A stretch of 64,000 nucleotides of DNA from Alphaproteobacteria bacterium (GCA_964291285.2 OZ219787.1:672001-736000), one strand, 5' to 3'; positions 28,375 to 41,048 are shown, numbered from the stretch's first letter. The notes: a model not told the origin generated them from the letters alone. Numbers and translations: made by a program.

Positions 28375-30927
28375 ATGGCCCGATACGACCACCGCGAAGC
28401 CGAGCCTTACTGGCGCGGGCGATGGGAAGAAGCCGGCTGTTTCACGGCCCGCGAGGATGCTTCGCGCCCGAAATACTACGTGATGGAGATGTTCCCCTAC
28501 CCTTCGGGGCGCATCCATATGGGTCATGTGCGCAATTTCACGCTGGGCGATGTCGTCGCCCGCTACAAGCGCGCGCAGGGCTTCAACGTGCTGCACCCGA
28601 TGGGCTGGGACGCCTTCGGCCTGCCGGCGGAGAACGCCGCCTTCGAAGCCGGCGTCCATCCCGGCGTCTGGACGCGCCGGAACATCGCCACCATGAAGGC
28701 GCAGCTTTCGACCATGGGCCTCTCCTACGACTGGGACCGGGAGCTTTCGACCTGCGAGCCCGAATATTTCAAGCATGAGCAGGCGATGTTCCTCGACTTC
28801 CTGGAGAAAGGGCTCGCATACCGGCGCAAGTCCTGGGTCAACTGGGACCCGGTCGAGAACACCGTGCTCGCCAACGAGCAGGTGATCGACGGCCACGGCT
28901 GGCGTTCGGGCGCTCCGGTCGAACGGCGGGAACTGGCCCATTGGTTCCTGAAGATCACGGCTTATAGCGACGAATTGCTCGAGGCGCTCGACGGGCTGGA
29001 CCGCTGGCCGGACCGCGTGCGGCTGATGCAGGCAAACTGGATCGGCCGCTCGGACGGCGCGCGGGTCGGTTTCCGGCTCAAGGGACGCGCCGATACGCTC
29101 GAGGTCTTCACCACCCGGCACGACACGCTGTTCGGCGCCTCCTTCATGGCGATCTCGCCGGACCATCCGCTCGCGCAGGAAATCGCGGCGAAAGACCCGG
29201 ACATGGAAGCCTTCATCGCCGAATGCCGCAGCCTCGGCACCAGCGAAGCTGCAATTGAGCAGGCGGAGAAGCGCGGCCGGGATACCGGGCTGAGGGCCTT
29301 GCACCCGTTCGACGAAGGCGTGGAACTGCCTGTCTATGTCGCGAATTTCGTGCTCATGGACTATGGCAGCGGGGCCATTTTCGGCTGCCCCGGCCATGAC
29401 CAGCGGGACCTCGATTTCGCCCGCGCTTACGGCCTGCCGGTGCTCCCCGTCGTCTGCCCGCCCGACGCGGCCCCCGGGAGTTTCGAGATCGAGGCGGAGG
29501 CCTATACCGGCGAGGGGCGGCTCATCAACTCGTCCTTCCTGGACGGGCTCGACGTGCCGGAGGCCAAGCGCAGCATGGGCGAGCGGCTGGAGGCGCTGGG
29601 CATCGGCGAGCGCACGGTGCAGTACCGGCTGCGGGACTGGGGCGTCTCCCGCCAGCGTTACTGGGGCTGCCCGGTCCCGGTCATCCATTGCGGCGCCTGC
29701 GGCATCGTGCCCGTGCCGCGCGCCGACCTGCCCGTGACGCTGCCCGACGACGTGACCTTCGATGCGCCTGGCAATCCGCTGGACCGGCACCCGACCTGGA
29801 AGCATGTCCCCTGCCCGTCCTGCGGTGCCCCCGCCGAGCGCGAGACCGACACCTTCGACACATTCTTCGAGTCCTCCTGGTATTTCGCCCGTTACTGCTC
29901 GCCGGGCGTCGAGGACCGGCCGTTCGACCGCGAGGCCGTGGATTACTGGATGCCGGTGGACCAGTATATCGGCGGCGTCGAGCATGCCGTACTGCATCTG
30001 CTCTATTCCCGCTTCTTCAGCCGGGCCATGAAGGAATGCGGCTATATCGGGGTCGAGGAGCCCTTCGCCGGCCTCTTCACCCAGGGCATGGTTTGCCACG
30101 AGACCTACCGGGCCCAGGACGGGGGCTGGCTGCAGCCGAACGAGGTGGAAGACGACGGCCAGGGGGGCAAGCGGCGCTCCTCGGACGGGGCGCCGGTTTC
30201 GGTCGGCCGGTCCGAGAAGATGAGCAAATCGAAGAAGAATGTCGTCGATCCCGAGGAGATCATCGAACGCTACGGCGCCGACGTGGCCCGCCTGTTCATG
30301 CTCTCCGACAGTCCGCCGGCGCGCGACCTGGACTGGACCGAGGCGGGCGTGGAAGGCGCATGGCGCTATCTAAACCGGCTCTGGCGGCTGGTGGACGAGG
30401 CGCCGGACGCGCCGGGCGGGGCGGGGACGAGCGATGCGGCGGAGGCGCTGAGGAACGTCGCGCACAGGACCGTGGACGCGATGACCGGCGATCTCGAGCG
30501 CTTCCATTTCAACCGGGCGGTGGCGCGGGTCCGCGAGCTGACAAATGCGCTGGCGGATGCCCTGCCCGCTGCCGACCCGGCGATGGCGGCCGCATATCGC
30601 GAGAGCGTCGGGACGGCCGTGCGCCTGATCGCCCCGATGACGCCCCATCTGGCGGAAAGCTGCTGGCGAAGGCTCGGCGGGGAGGGCCTGCTTGCGGACC
30701 AGCCCTGGCCGGTCGCCGACCCTCTGCGGCTCACCGAAGACATCGTGGTGCTGCCCGTACAGGTGAACGGCAAGCTGCGCGGCCAGCTGGAGGTGGCGCG
30801 CGGTTTGGAGGCGGCGGATGTCGAGGCGGCGGCGCTCGCGCTTGCCGGCGTGCAACGGCAGCTCGAAGGCCGGCCGCCCCGCCGGGTCGTCGTCGTGCCC
30901 GACAAGATCGTCAATGTCGTGGCCTGA
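28375..30927 (+). CDS. leuS: Leucyl-tRNA synthetase
   Basis: MFPYPSG.IHMGH (HIGH), KMSKS, QVNGKLR. Confidence 0.98.
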   Translation: MARYDHREAEPYWRGRWEEAGCFTAREDASRPKYYVMEMFPYPSGRIHMGHVRNFTLGDVVARYKRAQGFNVLHPMGWDAFGLPAENAAFEAGVHPGVWTRRNIATMKAQLSTMGLSYDWDRELSTCEPEYFKHEQAMFLDFLEKGLAYRRKSWVNWDPVENTVLANEQVIDGHGWRSGAPVERRELAHWFLKITAYSDELLEALDGLDRWPDRVRLMQANWIGRSDGARVGFRLKGRADTLEVFTTRHDTLFGASFMAISPDHPLAQEIAAKDPDMEAFIAECRSLGTSEAAIEQAEKRGRDTGLRALHPFDEGVELPVYVANFVLMDYGSGAIFGCPGHDQRDLDFARAYGLPVLPVVCPPDAAPGSFEIEAEAYTGEGRLINSSFLDGLDVPEAKRSMGERLEALGIGERTVQYRLRDWGVSRQRYWGCPVPVIHCGACGIVPVPRADLPVTLPDDVTFDAPGNPLDRHPTWKHVPCPSCGAPAERETDTFDTFFESSWYFARYCSPGVEDRPFDREAVDYWMPVDQYIGGVEHAVLHLLYSRFFSRAMKECGYIGVEEPFAGLFTQGMVCHETYRAQDGGWLQPNEVEDDGQGGKRRSSDGAPVSVGRSEKMSKSKKNVVDPEEIIERYGADVARLFMLSDSPPARDLDWTEAGVEGAWRYLNRLWRLVDEAPDAPGGAGTSDAAEALRNVAHRTVDAMTGDLERFHFNRAVARVRELTNALADALPAADPAMAAAYRESVGTAVRLIAPMTPHLAESCWRRLGGEGLLADQPWPVADPLRLTEDIVVLPVQVNGKLRGQLEVARGLEAADVEAAALALAGVQRQLEGRPPRRVVVVPDKIVNVVA

Positions 30928-31432
30928 GAAGCTTGTGGCCGCCGTCGCCGGGCTGCTGCTCGGCGCCATGCTCGCCGGCTGCACCCTCGAGCCCGTCCAT
31001 GCGCGGCGGCCCCAGCAGGGACCCGATGTCACCGCGGCCATGGCGCAGGTCGAGGTGGAGCCGATTCCGGACCGGGTCGGCGTGTTGCTGCGCCGCCGGC
31101 TGGAGGAGCGCCTCGCTCCGGGTGGACCCCGCCTTCCTGCGGAATACCGGCTGCGCGTGCGGCTGCGTTCGTCTTCGGCCGGCTCGCTCATCGGCAAGAG
31201 CGAGAGGGTGACCCGCTCCGACCTGACGCTGACTGCCGAGTTCCAACTCTTCGAGCGTGGCGACGAACAGCCGGTGCAGCAGGGCTGGGCGCGCTCGGTC
31301 CACAGCCACGACGTGCTGGACTCCGCCTTTGCGACGCGGGCGGCGGAACGCGCAGCGCGCGACCGCGGCGTCGATGCGTTGAGCGCCCAGATCGCGCGCC
31401 GCCTCGCGCTCTTTTTCCGCAACGGGAAATAG
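30914..31432 (+). CDS. lptE: LPS assembly lipoprotein LptE
   Basis: Lipobox LAGC; conserved leuS-lptE-holA order. Confidence 0.75.
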   Translation: MSWPEKLVAAVAGLLLGAMLAGCTLEPVHARRPQQGPDVTAAMAQVEVEPIPDRVGVLLRRRLEERLAPGGPRLPAEYRLRVRLRSSSAGSLIGKSERVTRSDLTLTAEFQLFERGDEQPVQQGWARSVHSHDVLDSAFATRAAERAARDRGVDALSAQIARRLALFFRNGK

Positions 31433-31437
31433 GCCGG

Positions 31438-32532
31438 ATGAAGCTCGCCGGCCGGCAGATTGCCGCGTTCCTGCGCGATGTGCCGCCGCCCGAACTGCTC
31501 GCCGTCCTTCTCTACGGACCCGACGAAGGGCTGGTGCGGGAACGCGCGCGCCTGCTGGCCGGCAAGGTCGTCGAGGACATCCGGGACCCTTTCCGGGTCG
31601 CGACACTCACCGGGCCGGACCTGAAGGCGGACCCGGCGCTGCTGGCCGACGAGGCGGCCGCCATTTCGCTCACCGGCGGCAAGCGGCTGGTGCGGCTGCG
31701 CGCCGCCGGCGACGATTGCGCGAAGGCGCTTGAGGCCGTTCTGGAAGGGCCCGCCGCCGATGCGCTCATCGTGGTCGAGGCGGGCGATCTTCCGCCGCGC
31801 TCCGGGCTGCGCAAGCTGGCCGAATCGCACAGCCGGGCCGCCGCCCTGCCCTGCTACGCGGATGACGACGACGCCGTCTCCCGGCTGGTGGAGCACGCCG
31901 TGCGGAGCGTCGGCGCGAAAATCGAGCCGGACGCGCTCGCCTTCGCCGCGGACCATCTCGGCAACGACCGGATGACGACCCGCATGGAGGCGGAAAAGCT
32001 CGCGCTCTATGCCGGCGAGGGAGGCACGATCTCGCTCGAGGACGCGATGGTCTGCATCGGCGATTCCGCCGTGCTTTCGCTGGACGATATCGCCTTTGCC
32101 GTGGGCGCGGGCGACGTCCCCGCGCTCTCGACCGCGCTTGACCGGGCGGCCGCCGAGGCCGCGGCTCCGGTTTCGGTCCTGCGCGCCGTGGGGCGCCACT
32201 TCCAGCGGCTGGATTCAGCGCAGGCGGTCATCGCCGCCGGAACGGATGAGCGAAGCGCCGTGACACGGTTGCGGCCTCCGGTCTTCTTCCGGCGCCGGGA
32301 GGCCTTCGGCAGCCAGCTCCGCCGCTGGCCGCAGGCCCGCATCCTCGCGGCGCTTGCCCGGCTCAACCGGGCTGAAATCGACTGCAAGACGACCGGCCTG
32401 CCGGACCGGGCGATCGCCGAGCGCACCCTGTTCGAGCTGGCCCGCGCGGCCGCTCAGGCGGCGCCGGCAATGGCGAGGAAATCGGCGGCGGAGAGGCTCG
32501 CGCCGCCTACCAGCGCGCCGTCCACATCGTAA
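31438..32532 (+). CDS. holA: DNA polymerase III delta subunit
   Basis: [34 protein letters not shown]. Confidence 0.92.
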   Translation: MKLAGRQIAAFLRDVPPPELLAVLLYGPDEGLVRERARLLAGKVVEDIRDPFRVATLTGPDLKADPALLADEAAAISLTGGKRLVRLRAAGDDCAKALEAVLEGPAADALIVVEAGDLPPRSGLRKLAESHSRAAALPCYADDDDAVSRLVEHAVRSVGAKIEPDALAFAADHLGNDRMTTRMEAEKLALYAGEGGTISLEDAMVCIGDSAVLSLDDIAFAVGAGDVPALSTALDRAAAEAAAPVSVLRAVGRHFQRLDSAQAVIAAGTDERSAVTRLRPPVFFRRREAFGSQLRRWPQARILAALARLNRAEIDCKTTGLPDRAIAERTLFELARAAAQAAPAMARKSAAERLAPPTSAPSTS

Positions 32533-33188
32533 GGCGCCAGCAAGGCCGCCGCGTTGTCGGGCTTGACCGAGCCTCCGTAGAGGATGCGGGTCCCTGCGCC
32601 GCGCTCGCCGAGCGCAGCGCGCAATGCGGCATGGACGGCGGCGACTTCATCCACGGTCGGCGTGCGCCCGGTGCCGATGGCCCAGACCGGCTCGTAGGCG
32701 ACCACCGTGTTCTCCGGCCGGGCGCCGTCCGGCAGCGAGCCCAGAAGGCTTGCGGCCACGACTGCCTCCGCCCGGCCCGCATCCCGCTCCTCGGCGGTCT
32801 CGCCGACGCAGACAATGGCGATGAGGCCCGCCCGGTGCGCCGCCGCCGTCTTCGCGCGCACGACGGCATCGGATTCACCGTGGTCGGCGCGACGCTCGGA
32901 ATGGCCGGCAATGACATGAGAGCAGCCGGCATCGGCCAGCATCCCGGCCGATATGTCGCCGGTATGCGCGCCGGCCTCCTCCGCATGGCAGTCCTGCCCG
33001 CCGAGCGCAACCCGGCTGCCCGACAGCGCGGACGCCACCGGCGCCAGCAGTGTCGCCGGCGGGCAGACAAGCAGTTCCGCTGTTCCTCCCGGCGCCGCGG
33101 CCAGCGACCGCGCGAGCGCGAGGCCGTCGGCGGCGAGGCCGTTCATCTTCCAGTTGCCGGCAATCAGCGGGCGGCGGGCGGCGGTCAT
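32454..33188 (-). CDS. tpiA: Triosephosphate isomerase
   Basis: [37 protein letters not shown]. Confidence 0.96.
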   Translation of the reverse strand: MTAARRPLIAGNWKMNGLAADGLALARSLAAAPGGTAELLVCPPATLLAPVASALSGSRVALGGQDCHAEEAGAHTGDISAGMLADAGCSHVIAGHSERRADHGESDAVVRAKTAAAHRAGLIAIVCVGETAEERDAGRAEAVVAASLLGSLPDGARPENTVVAYEPVWAIGTGRTPTVDEVAAVHAALRAALGERGAGTRILYGGSVKPDNAAALLAPYDVDGALVGGASLSAADFLAIAGAA

Positions 33189-34537
33189 CGGGTCTTCTTC
33201 TCCTGCTTTCCGGCCAGCGCGCGCACGGACGACGACATGGCGATCCGCCCCTCGCCCTTGTAGGCCTCGTGGTTCGCCTCGATCATGTCGCTTCTGTAGA
33301 GGTAGTTGATCATGACGCCGGCGGACTGGGCGCGCCCGTCCTCGGAGACATTCGCCAGCCAGTTCAGCCGTTCCATGCGCGCCCCGTTGGAGAGGTGGAA
33401 ATGCGCGACCGGGTCGGCCGCCCGGCCCCTGCGCCTGGCGTGGACGAGATAGCGCGCAACCGCCCGCAGAACCGGCCCCTTCGCCGCTTCGGCAGCCTCC
33501 GGTTCCTCCCACCATCCCGGCTTCGCCAGCGCGGCCTCTACCACACGGTCGGGATTGTCCTTCAGCCAGCGCCCGAAGCCCGGTATCGGCGAGAGCGTGG
33601 CGAAGGTCTTCAGGTTGGGCAGTTCCGCGCGCAGATCGTCCACCACGCGCTTGATGAGGAAATCGCCGAAGGCGATGCCGGCAAGGCCGCGCTGGGCGTT
33701 GGAGATCGAATAGAAGACCGCCGTGTCCGCCCGCGACGCATCGCCGACCGGGCTCTCCTCGTCGAGCAGCGCGTGGACATTGTCCGCGAGCCCCGTCTCC
33801 AGCGCGACCTCGACGAAGATCAGCGGTTCGTCCGGCATGCTCGGATGGAAGAAGGCGTAGCAGCGCCGGTCCGAGTCGAGCCGGTTCTTGAGGTCCTGCC
33901 AACTCCGTATGGCATGCACCGCCTCGTAGTCGATAAGCTTCTCCAGGAGCGAGGCCGGGGCGTTCCAGTCGATCCGCCTGAGCTCCAGGAAGCCCGCATC
34001 GAACCAGCTCGCGAGCAGGTGCTTCAGGTCCTTCTCGAGGCCCGAGAGCGCCGCATCCTCGCGCGCGAAACGCATCAGGTCGTAGCGCAGGTCCACCAGG
34101 AACTTCACGCCGTCGGCCAGCGCATTGAACTGCCGCAGCAGGCGTTCGCGCGGCGCATTCAGCGCATCCCGGAGCGCCTCTTCCACAGCCGCCCGGCCGT
34201 CCGGCGGCGCCGCTTCCAACGCCGCTACCGCCTGCCCGACCGCCACCGGGTCCCGGTCGAACTCGGTCGCCAGAATGGTGAGGTAGCGCCGGCGGCCGGT
34301 CTCCGACAGTTGCAGGTAAGCCCTGCCGAGCTCGGCGGCGCGGCCGCGCGCCGAGACCTCCCCGCCCCGCCCCTCCAGGCAGGCCCAGAAGCGCTCGCGT
34401 ATGCGCTCCGCATCGCCCTTCGTCAGGTCCGGGTCGGGGTCGAGGCCGTCGCTGCCGATGAGTCCGCGCACGGCTTCCTTCAGCCCCGCGAGCGTGCGGT
34501 CGAACAGCCGGGAGACTTCTGCTTCGGACTGGCTCAT
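33185..34537 (-). CDS. Malonyl-CoA decarboxylase
   Basis: [37 protein letters not shown]. Confidence 0.9.
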   Translation of the reverse strand: MSQSEAEVSRLFDRTLAGLKEAVRGLIGSDGLDPDPDLTKGDAERIRERFWACLEGRGGEVSARGRAAELGRAYLQLSETGRRRYLTILATEFDRDPVAVGQAVAALEAAPPDGRAAVEEALRDALNAPRERLLRQFNALADGVKFLVDLRYDLMRFAREDAALSGLEKDLKHLLASWFDAGFLELRRIDWNAPASLLEKLIDYEAVHAIRSWQDLKNRLDSDRRCYAFFHPSMPDEPLIFVEVALETGLADNVHALLDEESPVGDASRADTAVFYSISNAQRGLAGIAFGDFLIKRVVDDLRAELPNLKTFATLSPIPGFGRWLKDNPDRVVEAALAKPGWWEEPEAAEAAKGPVLRAVARYLVHARRRGRAADPVAHFHLSNGARMERLNWLANVSEDGRAQSAGVMINYLYRSDMIEANHEAYKGEGRIAMSSSVRALAGKQEKKTR

Positions 34538-36006
34538 GTCGCGTGCATCCTGCGGAGAACGGCCGGCAACATGTCCGGCAGGTCTTCGGCAATCAAGCCC
34601 GGCCCGAAGGCTGTCGCTGCCTCTCCATGCAGCCACGTTGCCGCAGCCGCCGCCTCGAAGGCGAGCATGCCCTGCGCCATCAGTCCAAGCGCCATGCCGG
34701 CCAACACATCGCCGCTGCCGGCGGTCGCCAGCCAGGGCGGCGCATTTGCCGAAATGGCGGCGCGTCCGTCGGGCGCGGCGACCACGCTGTCGGCGCCCTT
34801 GAGCAACACGGTCCATCCGCTGGCCGCCGCCGCCGCGCGCGCCCTGGCGAGCCGGTTGCCGCCGAACGCAAAGAGGCGCGCGAACTCGCCGTCATGGGGC
34901 GTCAGCAGCCCGGCGCCGCCCCGGCCTTCGGGCAGCCGCCCCGCCATGGCGGTCAGGGCGTCGGCGTCGAGCACGACCCCTCCGGCGCGCGCGCAGGCCG
35001 CTTCCACGGCGGCGGCGGTTTCCGCGCCGAGGCCGGCGCCGGGCCCGACCAGCACGGCGTTCCTGCGCGCATCCTCCAGCAGGCGCCGGAAGTCCTCCGG
35101 CCCGCTCCGCCCCACGACCAGCGCCCCCGGCAGCGAGGCGGCATAGACCGGCCAGGCTTCGCCCGGCGCGGAAACGGTGACGACGCCCGCGCCCGCGCGC
35201 ATCGCGCCCCGCGCCGCCAGCCGGGCCGCTCCGGTCGTTTCCGCCCCGCCCCAGACGACCGCATGGCCGCGCGTATATTTGTGGCTCTCCGGCCCCGGAA
35301 ACGGCAGCGTCCACAAATCCGGCCCGTTCCCGAATGCAGCGGGGCCGATCTCGTCCAGCACCGCCTCCGGAATGCCGATATCGGCCACCTCGACCTCGCC
35401 GCAATGCAGCCGCCCCGGCAGCAGCAGATGGCCCGGCTTCCTGCGGAAGAAGGTGACCGTGAGCGCCGCGCGGGGCGCGTGGCCCAGCACCGCGCCCGTG
35501 TCTCCCGCAATGCCGCTCGGCAGGTCCACGGCGACCAGCGGCAGGCCCTCCGCCGCTTCCAGAACCTCCCTTGCGGCGCCCGAGACCGGCCGTTTCAGCC
35601 CGGCCCCGAACAGGGCGTCGATGACGAGCCGGGCGTCGGCCAACGCCTCGGACCCGAGCGGTTCGACCGGCCCCGGCCAGCTTCGCGCCGCCTCGGCCGC
35701 ATCGCCCGCGAGCGCCTCGCGGCTGCCCGACAGCGCCACCCGCACCGGCCAGCCGGCGGCTCTCAGACATTCCGCCGCGATGAAGCCGTCGCCGCCATTG
35801 TTGCCGGGTCCCGCCAGCACCAGGACCGGCCGCGGGCTCCAGCGCCGGCGCACCGCACCCGCGATGGCGGCGCCGGCATCGCGCATCAGCTCGAAGCCCG
35901 GATGCCCGCGGTCCGCCGCCAGCCGGTCGGCCCGGCCCATCTCCTCGACCGTCAGCAGGGCCGAGCGGCCGCGCATTGCGGGAGCGGTCGGTTCGTTCAG
36001 TCCCAT
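34534..36006 (-). CDS. nnr: Bifunctional NAD(P)H-hydrate epimerase/dehydratase
   Basis: [39 protein letters not shown]. Confidence 0.92.
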   Translation of the reverse strand: MGLNEPTAPAMRGRSALLTVEEMGRADRLAADRGHPGFELMRDAGAAIAGAVRRRWSPRPVLVLAGPGNNGGDGFIAAECLRAAGWPVRVALSGSREALAGDAAEAARSWPGPVEPLGSEALADARLVIDALFGAGLKRPVSGAAREVLEAAEGLPLVAVDLPSGIAGDTGAVLGHAPRAALTVTFFRRKPGHLLLPGRLHCGEVEVADIGIPEAVLDEIGPAAFGNGPDLWTLPFPGPESHKYTRGHAVVWGGAETTGAARLAARGAMRAGAGVVTVSAPGEAWPVYAASLPGALVVGRSGPEDFRRLLEDARRNAVLVGPGAGLGAETAAAVEAACARAGGVVLDADALTAMAGRLPEGRGGAGLLTPHDGEFARLFAFGGNRLARARAAAAASGWTVLLKGADSVVAAPDGRAAISANAPPWLATAGSGDVLAGMALGLMAQGMLAFEAAAAATWLHGEAATAFGPGLIAEDLPDMLPAVLRRMHAT

Positions 36007-36686
36007 TCCATGACGCGCCTGCCGTAGAGCGTCTTCACGACCGGCACCGGGCGGCTCATGTCGTGCAGCCTGTCCCCGGCGAGGCGGGACTCGATTTCCT
36101 TCAGCACGAGCGCCGTGATTGGTCGGAGCTTTAGGCGCTGCGCGTCGGCAAGCCGGACCCAGTGCAGCTTCAGCAACTCGCCCGAACCTTCGCTCAGGTC
36201 GCCGCGCACATGCTCGGCGTCGATCACGAAGAACCTTGCGTTGAAACGACGCGGACGGCCAGGCGGCGTCACCGCCCGGTGGATGTAGGTGAGCCTGTCC
36301 AGCGCCGGGGCGTAGCCGCTGTCGTAGAAATGCCGCCAGTCGTCCGAAAGCCCGTCGGGCCGCAAGCCGTTGACGGGCTCGCCGACGATCAGCCCCGCTT
36401 CCTCGAAGGTCTCGCGCACCGCCGCCAGCGCCAGCGCCCTCGCCCGCCGTGCGGTCGCGGACGAGCGCAGCCTCCGTTCGACCTCGGGGCGCAACTCGCG
36501 GGCCGCAGGCGCATGGCCGTCCTGGCGGTCCACCCTGCCGCCGGGAAAGACATAGTGCTCCGGGTAGAAGACGTGGCCCTGCGAGCGCTCGCCCATCACC
36601 ACCTCGCCGGTCTCCCGGCGGAGGATGACGAGGGTGGCCGCGTCGCGGATCGGCGTCCTGGGCCGCCGGTCGCCGTTCATCTGCAT
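35997..36686 (-). CDS. NUDIX hydrolase
   Basis: VFPGGRVD, AAVRETFEEAG, TPPGRPRRFNARFF. Confidence 0.88.
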   Translation of the reverse strand: MQMNGDRRPRTPIRDAATLVILRRETGEVVMGERSQGHVFYPEHYVFPGGRVDRQDGHAPAARELRPEVERRLRSSATARRARALALAAVRETFEEAGLIVGEPVNGLRPDGLSDDWRHFYDSGYAPALDRLTYIHRAVTPPGRPRRFNARFFVIDAEHVRGDLSEGSGELLKLHWVRLADAQRLKLRPITALVLKEIESRLAGDRLHDMSRPVPVVKTLYGRRVMEWD

Positions 36687-36710
36687 CCGCGCTCCGTCCC
36701 GAACGGGCGG

Positions 36711-36788
36711 TGGGGTGCCCAACCGGATTTGAACCGGTGACCTCCTGGACCACAACCAGGCGCTCTAACCGACTGAGCTATGGGCACC
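36711..36788 (-). tRNA. tRNA-His(GTG)
   Basis: G-1 plus GTGCCCA acceptor stem, anticodon loop TTGTGGT, GGTTCAAATCC, C73 and CCA; promoter TTGACC-N17-CTAGAT from 36846. Confidence 0.93.
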
Positions 36789-36882
36789 ACGCGGAAAGCC
36801 TCGCAAGGAAGGACGCCATCTAGGCCGCCCACCCCCCGAAGGTCAAGACCGGGGCCGCCGCGACCGGCGCAAGGCTTACCTT

Positions 36883-37743
36883 TCGCGGATGTCATGAAAT
36901 GTCATGTTTTGTCATGAGGCCCGCCGGAAATGTCATGTTTTGTCATGGTCTGCTTCACCCTCTCGCCACCCCGGCTCCCGAGCCATTGCTGTCCGGTTTG
37001 GATTTGGCGAGCAGGACACATGGCCCGGGTTCGACCGGGTTTCGAAGGGTCCGGTGGGATCGAGGCTCGGATCGGCCGCCAGCGCCCCTCATCCTGAGTA
37101 GCGCCGGCCTTCGCCCCGCGAAGGCCGGCGCGTATCGAAAGCCCGTCCTGAGCCTGTCGAAGGGGACCTCCGCCCCCACCGCAGCCGTTCGGAGCAAGAC
37201 CGGACCGCCCGTGCCGGCCGGGAGTGTCAGGGATGGGCCCCGGATCGGGGTCCGGGGCGACGGTTGAAGGCCGGGATGGGAGGCCATCCTGTCCGCCCGG
37301 CGGTTGCCCCGGCCGCCGGCCCTCTCCCGGCCTCTCCCGCGAGCGGGGAGGCGGTTTCCCGTGTCCATCCGTATCCTGCATACCGTTCCTCCATCGCGTT
37401 TTGTTCCACTCCGTTCCGTTCGCCCCGCCGCCGCGCGGAACGCGGCGAACATTGCAGATGGCGGCGTTGGCGCCGCCGCCGGCCCGCCCGGCGCGGCGGG
37501 ACCCTGTTTCGCGCGTATCGCGTGCGGGCGCGGGCGGGTGTCGGCGCCGGCGCGGTTCGCGCGCCTGATTGCGCGCGCGAGCCGCAGGGCGCACTTCGCC
37601 TGTGCGTCGAATCAGGGTCGCTCCGCGCCGGGCCGGCGTGAAGGGAAACGGTCCGCGCGGACTTCGCCTCCCTCGGACCCATCATAACACAATTTTCTGT
37701 AGGTCAAGTATCATTTCAAGAATTATTTCTAAAATCGTGAACA
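36883..37743 (-). repeat. Dispersed promoter-bearing element, copy B (~860 bp, with REP-like hairpin inserts)
   Basis: Same block order and orientation as copy A at 11605-14088. Confidence 0.75.
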
Positions 37744-37895
37744 AACTGATCCAACAGGCAGGCCGTGACACCCTGCCTCCCGGTTCCGCGCCGGTCCGAA
37801 CGGGAGACAGCCCGAATCCGCCGCCGGGGCATTGCGGCGGATTCCGGTTTCGGACATAGTCCGGCGCCTTCCGCCAACAGGGGATACCGGCCGCC

Positions 37896-39059
37896 ATGCT
37901 CCGCCTTGCCGACAACCTGGACCGACTGGGAACCGAGACCGCCTTCGAGGTGCTCGCCCGGGCGGCGAAGCTGCAGGCGGAAGGCCGCGACATCGTCAAT
38001 CTCGGCATCGGGCAGCCGGACTTCAAGACGCCGCCCCATATCGTCGAAGCGGCGGCGCAGGCTTTGCGCGACGGGCATCACGGCTACACCCCGGCCAACG
38101 GCATCCCGGCGCTTCGCGAGGCGGTGGCGGCGGACATAGCGAGGTTCCGGGGCGTCGAGGTCGATCCCGACCTGGTGATGATCCTGCCGGGCGGCAAGCC
38201 GACCATGTTCTTCGCGATCATGATGTTCGGGGAGCCCGGCGCCGAGATCGTCTATCCGAACCCCGGCTTCCCGATCTACGAGTCGATGATCGACTATACC
38301 GGCGCCACGCCCGTCGCCATGGCGCTGCACGAGGAAAACGGCTTCGCCTTCTCCGCCGACGAGGTACTGGCGCAGATCGGCCCCGCGACCCGCCTGCTGA
38401 TCCTGAACAGCCCCGCCAACCCGACCGGCGGCGTCGTGCCGAAGGCGGAGATGGACAGGCTGGCGGCCGGGCTGGAGGACCATCCGCATGTCGCGATCCT
38501 CTCCGACGAGATCTACAGCCGGCTGCTCTACGAGGACAACGAGCATGTCTCGCTGCTCGGCTATGAGAGCCTGCGCGAGCGCACCATCCTGCTGGACGGC
38601 TGGAGCAAGACCTATGCGATGACCGGCTGGCGGCTCGGCTACAGCGTCTGGCCGAAGGCGCTCTTCCCGCTGGTGGAGCGGCTGGCCGTCAACTGCCATT
38701 CCTGCGTCAACGCGGCCACGCAACATGCCGGCATCGCCGCGCTGAACGGGCCGCAGGACGCCGTGGAAACCATGCGCCGGGCGTTCGATGCGCGCCGGCG
38801 CATCATCGTGCGCGCGCTCAACCAGCTTCCGGGCTTCCGCTGCGTCGATCCGGGGGGCGCGTTCTACACCTTCCCCAATATCGAGGGCACCGGCATGAGC
38901 GCACGCGAGCTGCAGAGCCGGATGCTGGAGGATGCCGGCGTCGCGACCGTGGCCGGCACCAGCTTCGGCGGGCATGGCGAGGGCTTCATCCGTTTTTCCT
39001 ACGCGGCGAGCGAGGAAGACATCGAGCGCGCGGTCGAACGCATCCGCACCGTGCTCTGA
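37896..39059 (+). CDS. Class I/II PLP-dependent aminotransferase (aspartate aminotransferase-like)
   Basis: GQPDF, NSPANPTG, SDEIY, SKTYAMTGWRLG. Confidence 0.92.
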   Translation: MLRLADNLDRLGTETAFEVLARAAKLQAEGRDIVNLGIGQPDFKTPPHIVEAAAQALRDGHHGYTPANGIPALREAVAADIARFRGVEVDPDLVMILPGGKPTMFFAIMMFGEPGAEIVYPNPGFPIYESMIDYTGATPVAMALHEENGFAFSADEVLAQIGPATRLLILNSPANPTGGVVPKAEMDRLAAGLEDHPHVAILSDEIYSRLLYEDNEHVSLLGYESLRERTILLDGWSKTYAMTGWRLGYSVWPKALFPLVERLAVNCHSCVNAATQHAGIAALNGPQDAVETMRRAFDARRRIIVRALNQLPGFRCVDPGGAFYTFPNIEGTGMSARELQSRMLEDAGVATVAGTSFGGHGEGFIRFSYAASEEDIERAVERIRTVL

Positions 39060-39084
39060 GCGCCCGTTCGGCAGGCATTCCAAG

Positions 39085-39579
<495 letters not shown>

Positions 39580-39626
39580 ACACCCGGCGCGAGCGCCTTC
39601 CGGAACAGAGAGGGAGCCCCTATCTC

Positions 39627-41048
39627 ATGTCGCTCAACTGCAAGACGCCCGAGGATGTGCTCAAGGCAATCCAGGACAATGATGTCCGCCATGTGGACCT
39701 GCGCTTCACCGACCCGCGCGGCAAGTGGCAGCATACCGCCCAGTATGTGACGACCATGGACGAGGATGTCTTCGTGGACGGCATCTTCTTCGACGGCTCC
39801 TCCATCGCCGGCTGGAAGGACATCAACGAGTCCGACATGATCCTGATGCCGGACCCGACCACGGCCACCATGGACCCGTTCATGGCGGAAAATACGATGG
39901 TGCTGTTCTGCGACGTGCATGAGCCGTCCACCGGCATGTCCTATGAGCGCTGCCCGCGCTCGGTCGCCAAGAAGGCCGAGGCCTATATCCAGGAAGCGGG
40001 TATCGGCGACACGGCTTATTTCGGCCCGGAAGCCGAGTTCTTCGTGTTCGACGACGTGCGCTTCGATGTGTCGATGAACCGGACCTTCTACATGCTCGAC
40101 AGCGCGGAAGGGCCCTACAACTCGGGCACGGAGTTCGAGGAGGGCAATCCCGGCCACCGGCCGGACGTGAAGGGCGGCTACTTCCCGGTCCCGCCCGTCG
40201 ACAGCGGCGCGGACATGCGCTCCGAAATGGTCTCGACCATGGCCGAGATGGGCCTCGACATGGAGAAGCACCATCACGAGGTGGCGCCCTCCCAGCATGA
40301 GCTCGGCCTCAAGTTCGGCACCCTGGTCGGGGCCGCCGACGCGTTGCAGATCTACAAATATGTGACCCACATGGTCGCGCACAGCTACGGCAAGACGGCG
40401 ACCTTCATGCCGAAGCCGGTGATCGACGACAACGGCTCCGGCATGCATGTCCACCAGTCGGTCTGGAAGGACGGCCAGCCGCTCTTCGCCGGCCACGGCT
40501 ATGCCGACCTCTCGGAGTTCGCGCTGCACTATATCGGCGGCATCATCCGGCACGCGAAGGCCATCAACGCCTTCTCCAACCCGCTCACCAACTCCTACAA
40601 GCGGCTGATCCCGGGCTTCGAGGCGCCGGTGCTGCTCGCCTATTCGAGCCGCAACCGCTCGGCCTCCTGCCGCATCCCCTATGTGGCGAGCCCGAACGGC
40701 AAGCGCGTCGAGGTGCGCTTCCCGGATCCGGGCGCGAACCCCTATCTGGCCTTTGCGGCCATGCTGATGGCGGGCATCGACGGGGTCATCAACAAGATCC
40801 ATCCGGGCGAGCCGATGGACAAGAACCTCTACGACCTGCCGCCGGAGGAGCTGGAAGGCGTGCCGACGGTCTGCGGGTCGCTGCGCGAGGCGCTGGAAAG
40901 CCTGGACGCCGACCGCTCGTTCCTCACGCGCGGCGACGTGTTCTCCGACGACCTGATCGACGGCTATATCGACCTCAAGTGGGGTGAGGTCTACGCCCTC
41001 GAGCACACGCCGCACCCGGTCGAGTTCAAGATGTATTACAGCGTCTGA
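39627..41048 (+). CDS. glnA: Glutamine synthetase type I
   Basis: FDGSSI, HHHEVA, FMPKP..NGSGMH, NSYKRL.PGFEAP, NLYDLP adenylylation site. Confidence 0.97.
   Translation: MSLNCKTPEDVLKAIQDNDVRHVDLRFTDPRGKWQHTAQYVTTMDEDVFVDGIFFDGSSIAGWKDINESDMILMPDPTTATMDPFMAENTMVLFCDVHEPSTGMSYERCPRSVAKKAEAYIQEAGIGDTAYFGPEAEFFVFDDVRFDVSMNRTFYMLDSAEGPYNSGTEFEEGNPGHRPDVKGGYFPVPPVDSGADMRSEMVSTMAEMGLDMEKHHHEVAPSQHELGLKFGTLVGAADALQIYKYVTHMVAHSYGKTATFMPKPVIDDNGSGMHVHQSVWKDGQPLFAGHGYADLSEFALHYIGGIIRHAKAINAFSNPLTNSYKRLIPGFEAPVLLAYSSRNRSASCRIPYVASPNGKRVEVRFPDPGANPYLAFAAMLMAGIDGVINKIHPGEPMDKNLYDLPPEELEGVPTVCGSLREALESLDADRSFLTRGDVFSDDLIDGYIDLKWGEVYALEHTPHPVEFKMYYSV

Noticed and set aside
34534-36753. Apparent long fusions in the ORF track (extended Nnr, TpiA, CysQ, PhnM, NrdJ N-termini)
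   Set aside because: The extensions overlap other genes or the tRNA; downstream starts give family-typical lengths
36890-36947. TGTCATG array or the 54605-54679 pair as a CRISPR array
   Set aside because: Units too short or too few, no unique 30-40 bp spacers, no cas genes
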